From: Acidimicrobiales bacterium | GTDB taxonomy: Bacteria > Actinomycetota > Acidimicrobiia > Acidimicrobiales > CATQHL01 | Length of the DNA: 64,000 bases | Assembly (NCBI GenBank): GCA_965206165.1 | Contig: OZ242194.1 | Span: 3,513,881-3,577,880, forward strand | Direction: 5' to 3' | In this document: positions 37,540-47,328 of the stretch, one piece after another | How positions within the stretch are numbered: position 1 is the first letter of the stretch | How the letters are laid out: each line of letters starts with the position of its first letter | The notes under the pieces: generated by a model | What the model saw: only the letters and a program-made list of their open reading frames with translations | Told to the model about the DNA's origin: nothing | The model's database searches: none | Program-made: the position numbers and the translations under genes

Positions 37540-37687
37540 CAGCGGCCCGCGGCCGTACGCAGACAACAACCGGCCACGGGCACCGATCCTACTCCTGCCC
37601 AACCCGGGGCCTGGTTAGTCGCGCAGCACCCCGGATGGCTCTCCGGGGCTCGGCACGATCACCGGAACGGTGCGCCGGACTCCTAGC

Positions 37688-39644
37688 ATGAACTCATGGC
37701 GCAATCGCCACCACCTTCGCAACCACCGGCGGGGTCCGACGGCTCGGGGGACGCGCCCCGCCCACCAACAGGTCCCCACTGGACGCGGCTGGCTGGCATG
37801 GATCGCGCTGCTCGTCATCCTCGGCACCCTGATCCTGCCCTGGCATTTTTTCCGACGAGCAGAGCGTGCCGATCACGTACAGCCAGTTCCTGGACGAGGT
37901 GGCGGCCGGGACCGTGGTCTCGGTGGCGATCAACAACCACAACGGCGACATCAGCGGCGAGTTGGCCGACGGTGAGACGTTCCTCACCACCGGCCCCAGG
38001 GAACTGCCCCCGGAGGACTACGCCCTGATCCGCGACAACCTCGGCGCCAACGTGGAGTTCGAGACACCGACCTCCAGCATCTGGGCGTCGCTGCTGCCCC
38101 TGCTGCTGCCGGTGGGCCTGCTGATCCTGTTCTTCTGGTGGATGCAGCGGCGCACCCAGGGGCAGATGGGCGGGATCATGTCCATCGGCCGCTCCCGGGC
38201 CAAGACCTACTCCACGGAACGTCCGGCCACGACGTTCGAGGACGTGGCCGGCTACGAAGGTGTCAAGCAGGAAATCACCGAGGTCGTGGACTTCCTGCGC
38301 GAGCCCGAGAAGTTCGCCCGCATCGGCGCCCGCATCCCCAAGGGGATCCTGCTGGTCGGCCCCCCGGGGACCGGGAAGACGCTCATCGCCCGAGCCGTCG
38401 CCGGCGAGGCGGAGGTGCCGTTCCTGTCGGTCACCGGTTCGGACTTCATGGAGATGTTCGTGGGTGTCGGCGCCAGCCGGGTGCGCGACCTGTTCAGCAA
38501 TGCCCGCAAGATGGGGCGGGCCATCATCTTCATCGACGAGATCGACTCCATCGGCCGCAAGCGGGGTGCCGGCCTCGGCGGCGGCCATGACGAGCGTGAG
38601 CAGACCCTCAACCAGATGCTCTCGGAGATGGACGGGTTCGAAGCCACCGAGGGGATCGTGATGATGGCCGCCACCAACCGCCCGGACATCCTCGACTCGG
38701 CGCTGCTGCGCCCGGGCCGGTTCGACCGGCAGGTGGTGGTTCCCCTGCCCGAACTCGAGGACCGGGTGCGGATCCTCGAGGTGCACGTGAAGGGCAAGCG
38801 GCTGGAGGAGGACCTGGATCTGTCGCTCATCGCCCGCGGGACGCCCGGCATGAGCGGCGCCGACCTGTCCAACGTCGTCAACGAGGCCGCTCTGGCGGCA
38901 GTGCGCGCCGGCGACGAGACCATCGCGATGGTTCACTTCGAGCAGGCGCGCGATCGGGTGCTCATCGGCCAGAAGCGCGAGTCGCTCGGCCTCTCGGAGG
39001 ACGAGAAGACCGCCGTGGCGTATCACGAGGCGGGTCACGCCGTGTGCGCCGCGACGCTGCCCAACGCCGACCCGCTGCACAAGGTGACCGTCATACCCAG
39101 CGGCATGGCGCTCGGCGTGACCATGCAGCTCCCCGAGCAGGAGCGGCACATCTACCGCCAAGACTACATCGAGGACACCCTCGTCGTGCGCATGGGTGGG
39201 CGCATCGCCGAGGAACTGGTCTTCGGCGTGATCTCGACCGGAGCCAACGACGACCTCGTGGGGGCCACGCAACTGGCCCGCAAGATGGTCCGCGAATGGG
39301 GCATGAGCGACCGGCTGGGTCCCATGGCGTGGGGAGCGCACGGCGAGGTCTTCCTGGGAGACGAACTCGTCAGCACACGCGAGTACAGCGACGAGACGGC
39401 ACACCTCATCGACGAGGAGGTGGAGCGGATCCTGCGCAACCAGGAGGGGCGTTGCCGGATCCTGCTGACGGAGCACCGTGACGCTCTCGACCTCGTCGCG
39501 CAGGCACTGCTCGACCACGAGACGATCCCCGGCAGCGAGGTGGAGCGACTCGTGGAGGCGGCAAGGACCAACGGCTCGGTGGGGATGGCCACCCGGGGCG
39601 CCGTGGTATCGGCCGCCTCGAGCCTGGGCAAGTCCGCCGTCTGA
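37688..39644 (+). CDS. ftsH: ATP-dependent zinc metalloprotease FtsH, with the reading frame interrupted after TM1 (apparent +1 shift at T6 run 37846-37851)
   Basis: Main ORF 37866..39644 carries Walker A GPPGTGKT, Walker B IIFIDEID and the zinc site HEAGH. The first TM helix ([21 protein letters not shown]) lies only in the frame of ORF 37670..37975. The N-terminal start is uncertain (ATG 37688 or GTG 37670). Confidence 0.88.
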
Positions 39645-39672
39645 GTCCGATCCGGCCGGTTCCCTCCCCCCG

Positions 39673-40110
39673 GTGCGCACCGCTCCCCTGGCGCTGATCC
39701 TGGGGGCGGTGGCGTGCGTGGTGGCGCTCGTGGCCGCCAGACGGCGCGGACGCTGGCGCGGGGTGCTGGCCGCGCCGGAGATCCCTGCAACGATCGATCG
39801 CGCCGCGTTCGCCGATGCGGGGGTCGGTGCATCCGGGCAGACCTGGCTCGTGGCCACCTTTACCGACCGCGCGTGCCGCAGTTGCGCATCGACACTGGAG
39901 CGGCTCAGCCCGCTGGCGGGCCCCGGCGTCGCGCTCGTCGAGATCGACGCGGCGCGCCACCGCCCGCTGCACAACTCCTACAACGTGGAGGCCGTACCGC
40001 TGACCCTCGTCGCCGACGCCACCGGAGCCGTGCTGGCCTGGATTCTCGGGCCTCCGACCGCGGCCGACATCGCCTCGGTGCGGCGCGTCATCAGCGAGGC
40101 ACCCTCGTAG
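39673..40110 (+). CDS. membrane-anchored thioredoxin-fold protein
   Basis: 3' part of ORF 39478..40110, starting at GTG 39673 after the ftsH stop. TM helix APLALILGAVACVVALVAA, then WLVATFTDRACRSCAS (CxxC) and NVEAVPLTLV. Confidence 0.55.
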   Translation: MRTAPLALILGAVACVVALVAARRRGRWRGVLAAPEIPATIDRAAFADAGVGASGQTWLVATFTDRACRSCASTLERLSPLAGPGVALVEIDAARHRPLHNSYNVEAVPLTLVADATGAVLAWILGPPTAADIASVRRVISEAPS

Positions 40111-40158
40111 TTCGCCGACCAGTCCACCGGCGACGCAACTCGGGCCCCTGGACAATGG

Positions 40159-40178
40159 ATTCCGGCCTCCGCCGGAAT
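40159..40178. terminator. 8-bp hairpin between convergent thioredoxin-like and OYE-reductase genes
   Basis: attccggc-ctcc-gccggaat, a perfect stem with a 4-nt loop. No U-tract. Confidence 0.3.
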
Positions 40179-40210
40179 GACGAAGCGGGTGGTCGGCAGG
40201 GAAATTCGGC

Positions 40211-40258
40211 GATCTCCCGCAGGCCGACGGCTCGGGATCTCCCGCAGGCCGACGGCTC
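40211..40258. repeat. tandem direct duplication of a 23-nt unit (25-nt period)
   Basis: gatctcccgcaggccgacggctc occurs at 40211-40233 and again at 40236-40258. The second copy runs into the stop codon (40257-40259) of the reductase gene. Confidence 0.85.
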
Positions 40259-42281
40259 AGAGCTTGCGAGCCTGGCGATGCCCCTCGTAGACGGCCTCGT
40301 AGGTGGTGCGCGGGGCGATGGCATCGCCGATCATCTCGACGCTGACGTCGCGCCGGCGCAAGGCGTGGTAGAGGTCATTGTCCGACTGCCGGCCCGTGGC
40401 CATCACGACCCAGTCGGCGGGGAGCGTCGTGGTGATCTCGTTCACGTAGACGTTCAGGAACTCCACGGCGTCGCCCTTGATCTCCTTCACGAAGAGATCG
40501 GGGAGCACCTCGACCCCCGCCTCGTAGAGGTGCTGGCGCACCCAGAGGTAGTACACCTCGGGGATCGTCTCCATGCCGATCATCGGCCAGCGGGTGACGA
40601 GCCTGGTGTCGCAGCCGGCGTGAGCCAGCTTGACGGCCGTGAGCGGAGCCATGGCGTCCTGCAGATCGTCGATGACGATCACCGAACCCGACGGCTCGAC
40701 GGCGCCCATGGCCACGTCCACCCAGCTCACGCAGTTGCCCGTCTCCCAGCCCGGCAGCGGCTGCGCCGTCTGGCCCTGCCAGCCGTCCCGCCGGTAGTGC
40801 GAGCCGGTCGCCACGATCACGTGATCCGGCTGCTCGGCGGCGAGCAGGGCGTCGAGGTTGTCCTCGTCCACGTTCTCACCGGTGCGGATGACGGCGCCGT
40901 TGCCGGCGGCCTGCGCCGCCAGCCAGACCGCGATCTGTCCGTACTCCGACCGCTTGGGCAACTGGGCGTGCCAGCGCACGTGGCCGCCGGTCTCGGCCTC
41001 CCGCTCCAGGACGACCACGTCGTGGCCCCGGGCAGCGGCGATGCGGGCGTACTCCAGACCGGCCGGGCCGCCGCCGATGACCAGCGCCTTGCGACCCGCG
41101 GGCACGACGGTGAGGCTGCCTTCGCCCCACTGGCGCTCCCGGCCCACGACGGGGTTGTAGACGCACTGCACGCGCCCCCCGGTGATGACGCTGCGCCAGC
41201 AGTAGTTGGCGGCCACGCAGCGGCGGATGTCCTCCTCGCGGCCCTCCCGGACCTTCTGCACCCAGTGCTCGTCGGCGAAGAGCTGGCGGGCCAGCAGGAT
41301 GGCGTCCGCCTCGTCGGCCTGGAGGATCTCCTCGGCGATCCCGGGGTTGGTGATCCGCCCCACGAGTAGGACCGGCGTGTTCGTGACCTCCTTGACGGCC
41401 TTGGTGTAGCTGCGCTCCCAGCCGGGTTCGTAGGTCATCGGGGTGTGGATGAACGAGTGGTGGACGCCCGCGGAGATGTTCACGTAGTCGATATCGGCAC
41501 GCTCGTCGAGGTCCGCCACGATTCGCTTGACGTCATCCATCTCCAGGTCGCCGGGCCAGAACGAGGCGGAGTTGATGCGGTAGCCCACGAACTTCTCGTC
41601 GCCGGCAGCGGCGCGGATCCTCGCCAGCGCCTCAAGCGAGAAGCGGATCCGGTTCTCGTACGAGCCGCCCCAGCCGTCGGTGCGATGGTTGTAGAGCGGC
41701 GAGAGGAACTGCCAGGGCAGGTAGCCGTGCGCCATGTGGAACTCCACGCCGTCGAGCCCGGCGGCGTACGCCCGCTCGGCGGCGGTGCCGTAGGCCTCGA
41801 TCATCTCGGCGATCTCGTGCTCCTCGATCTCCTTGGGCATGGGGGCGTTGGGATACTCCCCCGGCGGCACCTGGCTCGGCGCCACGTGCCACCACTCGGC
41901 GTCGTGGTCGTAGGCGGGATCCTTGTTGATGTTGTTCATCGCCCGCAGGCCGGGGTGCAGCAACTGGGTCACGAGCCGGGTGCCGTGGCGCTGCACGGCC
42001 TCGGCCACGCGGGCGAGCCCCTCGATCTGAGCGTCGTCCCACAGGCCGGGGAAGTTCAACTCCGAGTACAGCGCCTCCTTGTGGATGATCGTCCCGCCGA
42101 TGATGATCATGCCGAGCCCCGAGCGGGCGCGCTCCTCGTAGTACGCCACGGCCTGGTCGGTGAAGATGCCCTCGGTGGGGTCGGCCACCCACGTGGGGCA
42201 GGTCGGCGCGAAGACGACGCGATTGGGAACCGTCGTGTGGCGGATGCGCCATTCGCTGAAGAGCTTGGGATACGCGGTCAT
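40257..42281 (-). CDS. Old-Yellow-Enzyme-type FMN oxidoreductase fused to FAD/NAD(P)-binding domain (2,4-dienoyl-CoA reductase-like)
   Basis: ORF 40257..42350, start at ATG 42281. N-terminal TIM-barrel pattern VPNRVVFAPT...LGMIIIGG...QLLHPG. Cys cluster RCVAANYCWRSVITGGRVQCVYNP. Dinucleotide fold ALVIGGGPAGLEYA. Confidence 0.85.
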   Translation of the reverse strand: MTAYPKLFSEWRIRHTTVPNRVVFAPTCPTWVADPTEGIFTDQAVAYYEERARSGLGMIIIGGTIIHKEALYSELNFPGLWDDAQIEGLARVAEAVQRHGTRLVTQLLHPGLRAMNNINKDPAYDHDAEWWHVAPSQVPPGEYPNAPMPKEIEEHEIAEMIEAYGTAAERAYAAGLDGVEFHMAHGYLPWQFLSPLYNHRTDGWGGSYENRIRFSLEALARIRAAAGDEKFVGYRINSASFWPGDLEMDDVKRIVADLDERADIDYVNISAGVHHSFIHTPMTYEPGWERSYTKAVKEVTNTPVLLVGRITNPGIAEEILQADEADAILLARQLFADEHWVQKVREGREEDIRRCVAANYCWRSVITGGRVQCVYNPVVGRERQWGEGSLTVVPAGRKALVIGGGPAGLEYARIAAARGHDVVVLEREAETGGHVRWHAQLPKRSEYGQIAVWLAAQAAGNGAVIRTGENVDEDNLDALLAAEQPDHVIVATGSHYRRDGWQGQTAQPLPGWETGNCVSWVDVAMGAVEPSGSVIVIDDLQDAMAPLTAVKLAHAGCDTRLVTRWPMIGMETIPEVYYLWVRQHLYEAGVEVLPDLFVKEIKGDAVEFLNVYVNEITTTLPADWVVMATGRQSDNDLYHALRRRDVSVEMIGDAIAPRTTYEAVYEGHRQARKL

Positions 42282-42459
42282 GGGCCTGCCTTCCGGTGCA
42301 GTCTGGTTCGTGCGGACGGCCCGTCGCCGGGGGCGCTCGCGGCCGCCCACGCAGGAAAACTAGTCACAGCGCGTGACGCGGGCGAACCGGCTCGGCGGGG
42401 CGTCACGTCGTCTGCTCCCCAGAGGCCGCAATGTCGCGGTACCCGGCCAGAATGCCGGG

Positions 42460-44004
42460 CTAGAACAGCAGCTGTTCCAGCTCCGAGAGGGTCTCCCAAT
42501 CGGGGACGGCTTCGACGGCACCGATACCGGCCGGGCCCGCGTAGGACACCACGAGCGGCTCTGAGGCGTCGTAGCGCAGCGCCAGCGTGTCGGGCCACAG
42601 GCGGTTCGAGACATCGAGTACCAGCCGCTGGCGCGGGCGTATCTCGAGATCCACGAGTCCTTCCAGCGGCACCCAACCCTCGGCGGTGAGCGCCTCCAAC
42701 GACAGGCGACTGATCGTCTCCAGGGAGGGGTTCACGAGCGCCACGATGCTCGGGCGGACCCCTGCCAGCGGAAGCACGCCGCGGGTGGCGCCGGCGGCGT
42801 GCCCGCCCAGGATCGAGACCTCGACCGGCTCGCCCGAGTCGACCGTGCGCAGCCGCTCCACCACCACGCCCACGCCGTTGAAGGAGCGGACGCTCACCCA
42901 GTACCGCTCGCTCGGCAGGACTCGGGTCGCGGCTTCCAGCACGTAGACCCCCGAGGTGGGATGCGCCTTACCGGCGACCGGCGGGAAGAACGTAACTTCG
43001 ACGCGCTGGCCCGGCGGGACGGTGAGTTCGAACGGAGGAACGCCCCGCGCTCGCAGCGAGGCGTCCAGTTCGACGGCCAGGTCCACCCTCGCCTCAGCGG
43101 TGCCAGGGTTGTAGACCACGAAGGAGTTGGCCGCCCCGGCAGCGGCACCTGCAACCCCGAGTGGGAACAGCCATTGCTCGGCGGCCCGCGGCGCGCCGCC
43201 GTGCAGAGATACGCCGGAAAGCCCCAGGTCGCCGTTGAAGCTCTGCAGAACCGATGCCAGCAGGTTGCCGCTGCGGGCCACCACGGAGAACGACACCTGT
43301 TGCCGCCGGGTGACCTCACTGCCGAGGTCGAGCACCGCCAGCGCGTTCGCAGGAACCACGACACCCTGGTACGCCACCGGTTCGCGGCGACCCTCGTCCG
43401 TGATGAATGCGAGGTCCACAACCGCGGCGTCGGAGAACGGATTCAGCAGCACGAGACGCGCTCTGGCGTCGCGTCTCGTGCTGGCGGTGGCGAAGTACCA
43501 CGTGGGCGATACCTCGGTCACGCACGGGCTGGCGTCGGAGGCACCATCGAGGGCGACCTCCTGCGTCACGATGCCCCCGGCGCCCTCCAACCGCACCTCT
43601 GCGGCCACGAACACCTCTGCGAAATTGATCAGCTCCGCTGCGACCTGGGTGACCGTTGCGCCAGGATCGATGGCGAGCTGCGAGTAAGGCCCCACGGCAA
43701 CCTCGACGCGCGTCGCCGGCCACTGCTGGGACTGGCCGCCCAACGGCACGGCCGGGAAGAAGCGCACCGTGCCGCGCAGCTCGTTCCCGGAGGTATTGAC
43801 AATGACGATGCCCTGGCGGGATCCTCCCGCGCCCCCCACTCCGCCGACACAGAACCAGGTGCTGCCACCCGTCCCGCTGTAGCCGGACCTCACCAACCCT
43901 GCGTCCGCGGGCGGCACCACGTCGGCCCCTTCCGGCGCCAGCCGGTCGGCCACCACGAGCGCCGCCAGCGCGGCTGCGAGAGCGAGGATCGCCGGCCAGC
44001 GCAC
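42460..44004 (-). CDS. membrane-anchored extracytoplasmic protein (DUF5719-like by context)
   Basis: ORF 42460..44040. Start set at GTG 44004, 1 nt after the upstream TGA, with GAGGAG upstream. N-terminal anchor WPAILALAAALAALVV. The beta-rich body repeats the theme ...VLLNPFSDAAVVDLAF... / ...FVVYNPGTAEARVDLAV... Confidence 0.6.
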   Translation of the reverse strand: MRWPAILALAAALAALVVADRLAPEGADVVPPADAGLVRSGYSGTGGSTWFCVGGVGGAGGSRQGIVIVNTSGNELRGTVRFFPAVPLGGQSQQWPATRVEVAVGPYSQLAIDPGATVTQVAAELINFAEVFVAAEVRLEGAGGIVTQEVALDGASDASPCVTEVSPTWYFATASTRRDARARLVLLNPFSDAAVVDLAFITDEGRREPVAYQGVVVPANALAVLDLGSEVTRRQQVSFSVVARSGNLLASVLQSFNGDLGLSGVSLHGGAPRAAEQWLFPLGVAGAAAGAANSFVVYNPGTAEARVDLAVELDASLRARGVPPFELTVPPGQRVEVTFFPPVAGKAHPTSGVYVLEAATRVLPSERYWVSVRSFNGVGVVVERLRTVDSGEPVEVSILGGHAAGATRGVLPLAGVRPSIVALVNPSLETISRLSLEALTAEGWVPLEGLVDLEIRPRQRLVLDVSNRLWPDTLALRYDASEPLVVSYAGPAGIGAVEAVPDWETLSELEQLLF

Positions 44005-44005
44005 G

Positions 44006-47000
44006 TCAGGGCTCCTCGCGCTCGTGCGACAGCAGGGCAACGACCAGATCCTCGGCAGATTCGGGCGTGACGTCCGCGGGGGCCTCCACCGGGCGGCGTC
44101 GAAGGCTCGCCAGCGGGATGGCGACCAGGACGAGAGCCCAAAGAACGATGCGGGTCACGTTCGAAGCGGACGGTTCATGGCGCAACTCCCCTGCCCCACC
44201 GGCCTCGATCCGGAATCCCTGCGCCCAGCCGAGCGCCGGGGTGGGTTCGATCTTCGTGCCGTCCACACGGAGCACCCAACCGTCGGCCGCGTCTGCCAGG
44301 TAGAGCGTCGAGTCGCCCGGCAGCAGCCCTCTCGAGGTCGTCGGGCGGTCGAATTCGGGCAGCGCCAGGCTCGTCGAGGCGGCGATTCTCGCCGGTGTCA
44401 CCTCTCCGCCGCCAGCCAGGAGCGTCCGCGTTGGGCGCCACGCGATGTTCCGGTACACGGCCACGCCTCCGCGGGACTCCTGCCGCTCGAGGTCGAACTG
44501 CGCCCCGAGACGCCGGTGCACCAAGTCGGGCACCGGCTCGACGAGGTCGCCGAACGGCTCAGGAGCTATCCGTTCCATGACGACCAGGTAGCGCACGCCG
44601 AGGGGAGCCAGACGCTCGCCCATCCTGTCCGTCTGCCCGGACATCGCATCCTGCCAGGCTGCCGTCAATCCGGTTGACGCCGGAGGCGGCCCTCCCGGCC
44701 ACCGCAGTTCCACGTTCGGTGGCACCGAGGTGGAGGTGGCGAGGACGAGCCGGTCGGCCACCTCCCAGCCGCCGAGCGGGAGCACGTCGGGATGGCCCAC
44801 CCACAGGATCCGGAAGGCGCCCAGCCGGGACTCTTCCTCCACGACCGCCAGTGGTGTCCTGAAATCTCCCCGGGGCATGCCCCAACGTCCGTCGAGGGTC
44901 AGCGCCAGCACGGGAATGCTGCCGCCCAGCAGCGCAACCAGCCCGACGGTGGCCAGCATCCGCCGCCGCAGGGGCTTTGCGGTACCTCTCTCGGAGATGC
45001 CGGCGGCCCCGAGAGCGATGGCGAGCGCGACGCCGAACGCTGCCGGCGCCAGCAGGACCTCCGGGCGCGGCAGATCCCAGCGGCTCCAACCCTGCTCGGA
45101 AGCGAGCGCCGCCAGCACCGACATCAACACGAGGCTCCACGCCCGCACCGTCCAGACGAACCAGCCACCGCGAGTGACGACCAGCGCCAACCCTGCCGCA
45201 ACCAGGAAGCCCCAGATCAAGCGTCCTCCAGCCGCCGAACCCGTGGCGAAGCGCAGCAACTCCGCGACGCTCAGATCACCCCCGACGTCGGGTCGCGCTC
45301 CGCCGCGGCCGAAGAGTTCGTCCAGCGACGTTGGCACGGCCGGCCAGTTGAGGAGCCAGCCCACCAGGAGTCCCCCGATCGTTGCGCCCGCCAGCGCCAC
45401 GAGCCGTCGAGCCGACCCCGCGAGCAGGCCTCCGACGGCCAGCGCCACAGCGAGCATGACCACCATCACGGGAGCCACGGGCACGAACGCCCCCAGCAGA
45501 GCCACCAGCACCCCCACCATCACCGTGGGAAGCCAGAACCTGCCTGATCGAACCGTCTTCGAGGCCGACGGCGGCCCCACCACCCTCGCCAACCACAGAC
45601 AGATCCACGGCAGGGTGCCGTAGAGCGCGAGGGCGCTCCAGACCCCGTTGGCGAGGGCGTTGTAGGGCAAGGGCATCGCAACGAAAGCCACCAGGCCCAC
45701 GATCTGGACGCGGCGGCTGGTCGGCGCCAGCAGGCGCCAGAGCCCTGCCGCCCCGAAGGGCACGAGGCCCAGCAGCAGGACGGTCCGAGTCAGTCCCATC
45801 TGCCCCGCCAGCACCGACCCGGCCACGCCGAGAAACCCGTAGGCGGTCGGGGCCGGACCAGCCGAGCCGAGCCCAGCCTCCCGCCAGTTGCTGAACCAGG
45901 AGCGGAACAACTCTGCCGGCGAGTCCCCCAGCAGTGCGATCTCGCCAAACACCGGCACGCCGCGGGTCAGCAGATGGCGGCTCCCGAAGATGAAGATCAC
46001 CATGACGACTACCCAGCCGACCGCCGCGGACTGCATCGAGGTGTTGCGCACGGCGTCCATGAGGCGTCGGCGTCGACCCCAGAGCGCGCCGGTTCCCTCG
46101 ACCGACGCATCGCCTCGCACCAGGCGGTCCACGAAGCGCGCCACCGAGACGTACCCGCGACGCGTCAACCGGCTGACGCGGGCGTCGTCGGGGGAGTCGC
46201 CGACCAGTCGGCGCCTGCTCAGGATCTCCGCCAGCCCGAGGAGGTTCCACCACCAGGCTCCCAGGAGCGCCGTGGCGCGCCGGAAGTGCCCGGCGAGCAC
46301 GGCAAGGGCCGCCTCCAGCACCGTCAGCCCCAGCATCAGCGGCACTTCGGCCGGTAGCCGTGAACGGCTGCCGCAGACCAGAACCGACCGGAGTTGGTGG
46401 CGGTAGGCGAGGAACTCGCGGTCACGGCGCAACCGGCGCTCCGCGAGGCGCCCTCGATGGCGCACGCTCGCTCCGGGTACCACCAGTACCCTCCCCCCGT
46501 CCAGGTTGACCCGGCGGCAGATATCCAGATCCTCGCCGTGGTACGTCATGGCGCCATCGAAGCCGCCGAGCCGGTCGAAGACCTCGGCGCGGATCAGCAT
46601 GCAGGCGCTGGGGACGGCGAGCACCTCGGTCACCGCGTCGTGCTGGCCCTGGTCGTACTCGCCGGCGGTGACGAGCGGCACCGGCACACCCATCCGGTCC
46701 GACGACAGGCCGACGCATTGCAGGAAGCGGGGGTCGTCCCACTCCACGAGCTTGGGACCCACCACCGCGGCTCGGTGTCTCACCGCCTCGTCCACCAGGC
46801 GAGTCACCACGTCAGGAGCCAGAACCACGTCGTCGTGACAGATCAGCAGGAATGCTGGGGCGTTCGCGCCGGACGGCTCGTCATCGGTGATCGACTCGGG
46901 GCTCGCCGCCGCTCCGGTCACCGTGACCGCACCCGCGGCTCGTTCGTGGACCTTTTCGACCTCCCGGTCGCCCCCGAAGATCAGGCGGGCGGCCGCGTTG

Positions 47001-47314
47001 ATGGCAGGGCCGAAACCGGGGTTGCCGGGTACCGTCATGACGGTCGCGTCCGGGATCACCGAGGCGACCTGGTCGACCACGTCGGGGGGCGCGCCGCCGG
47101 TCCCGTCGCTGCGACCCGAGACGTTCACCACCGTCACCGACAGCGCGGCGTAGTCCTGATCCCGCAGCGATCGGAGACACTCGACGAACCACTCCCCCGG
47201 CTCGTGAGCCACGACGATGGCGCGAACAGCCGGTCCGATCCTGCCGAGGCGCTCAGGCGGCACAGCGGTGCCCTGCGGGGATTCCACTAGGGTTCGAGGG
47301 TATCCCCGGCGCAT
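44006..47314 (-). CDS. GT2 glycosyltransferase fused to a large polytopic membrane domain (~1100 aa)
   Basis: ORF track 1102 aa. GT2 core AIVVAHEPGEW...LLICHDDVVL...VGPKLV...ACMLIRAEVFDRLGGFDGAMTYHGEDLDICRR, followed by many hydrophobic segments. The true start may lie at an internal GTG, because ATG 47314 is only 14 nt from the cofD ATG. Confidence 0.8.
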   Translation of the reverse strand: MRRGYPRTLVESPQGTAVPPERLGRIGPAVRAIVVAHEPGEWFVECLRSLRDQDYAALSVTVVNVSGRSDGTGGAPPDVVDQVASVIPDATVMTVPGNPGFGPAINAAARLIFGGDREVEKVHERAAGAVTVTGAAASPESITDDEPSGANAPAFLLICHDDVVLAPDVVTRLVDEAVRHRAAVVGPKLVEWDDPRFLQCVGLSSDRMGVPVPLVTAGEYDQGQHDAVTEVLAVPSACMLIRAEVFDRLGGFDGAMTYHGEDLDICRRVNLDGGRVLVVPGASVRHRGRLAERRLRRDREFLAYRHQLRSVLVCGSRSRLPAEVPLMLGLTVLEAALAVLAGHFRRATALLGAWWWNLLGLAEILSRRRLVGDSPDDARVSRLTRRGYVSVARFVDRLVRGDASVEGTGALWGRRRRLMDAVRNTSMQSAAVGWVVVMVIFIFGSRHLLTRGVPVFGEIALLGDSPAELFRSWFSNWREAGLGSAGPAPTAYGFLGVAGSVLAGQMGLTRTVLLLGLVPFGAAGLWRLLAPTSRRVQIVGLVAFVAMPLPYNALANGVWSALALYGTLPWICLWLARVVGPPSASKTVRSGRFWLPTVMVGVLVALLGAFVPVAPVMVVMLAVALAVGGLLAGSARRLVALAGATIGGLLVGWLLNWPAVPTSLDELFGRGGARPDVGGDLSVAELLRFATGSAAGGRLIWGFLVAAGLALVVTRGGWFVWTVRAWSLVLMSVLAALASEQGWSRWDLPRPEVLLAPAAFGVALAIALGAAGISERGTAKPLRRRMLATVGLVALLGGSIPVLALTLDGRWGMPRGDFRTPLAVVEEESRLGAFRILWVGHPDVLPLGGWEVADRLVLATSTSVPPNVELRWPGGPPPASTGLTAAWQDAMSGQTDRMGERLAPLGVRYLVVMERIAPEPFGDLVEPVPDLVHRRLGAQFDLERQESRGGVAVYRNIAWRPTRTLLAGGGEVTPARIAASTSLALPEFDRPTTSRGLLPGDSTLYLADAADGWVLRVDGTKIEPTPALGWAQGFRIEAGGAGELRHEPSASNVTRIVLWALVLVAIPLASLRRRPVEAPADVTPESAEDLVVALLSHEREEP

Positions 47315-47328
47315 CGATCAGGAAGGCA

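Noticed and set aside
37815-39974. 719-aa ORF antisense to ftsH
   Set aside because: It is the mirror frame of a gene with unambiguous AAA+/HEAGH motifs. Its translation is Arg/Gly/His/Pro-rich low-complexity with no recognisable motif. Long antisense ORFs like this are the expected stop-codon-poor artefact of very G+C-rich DNA.
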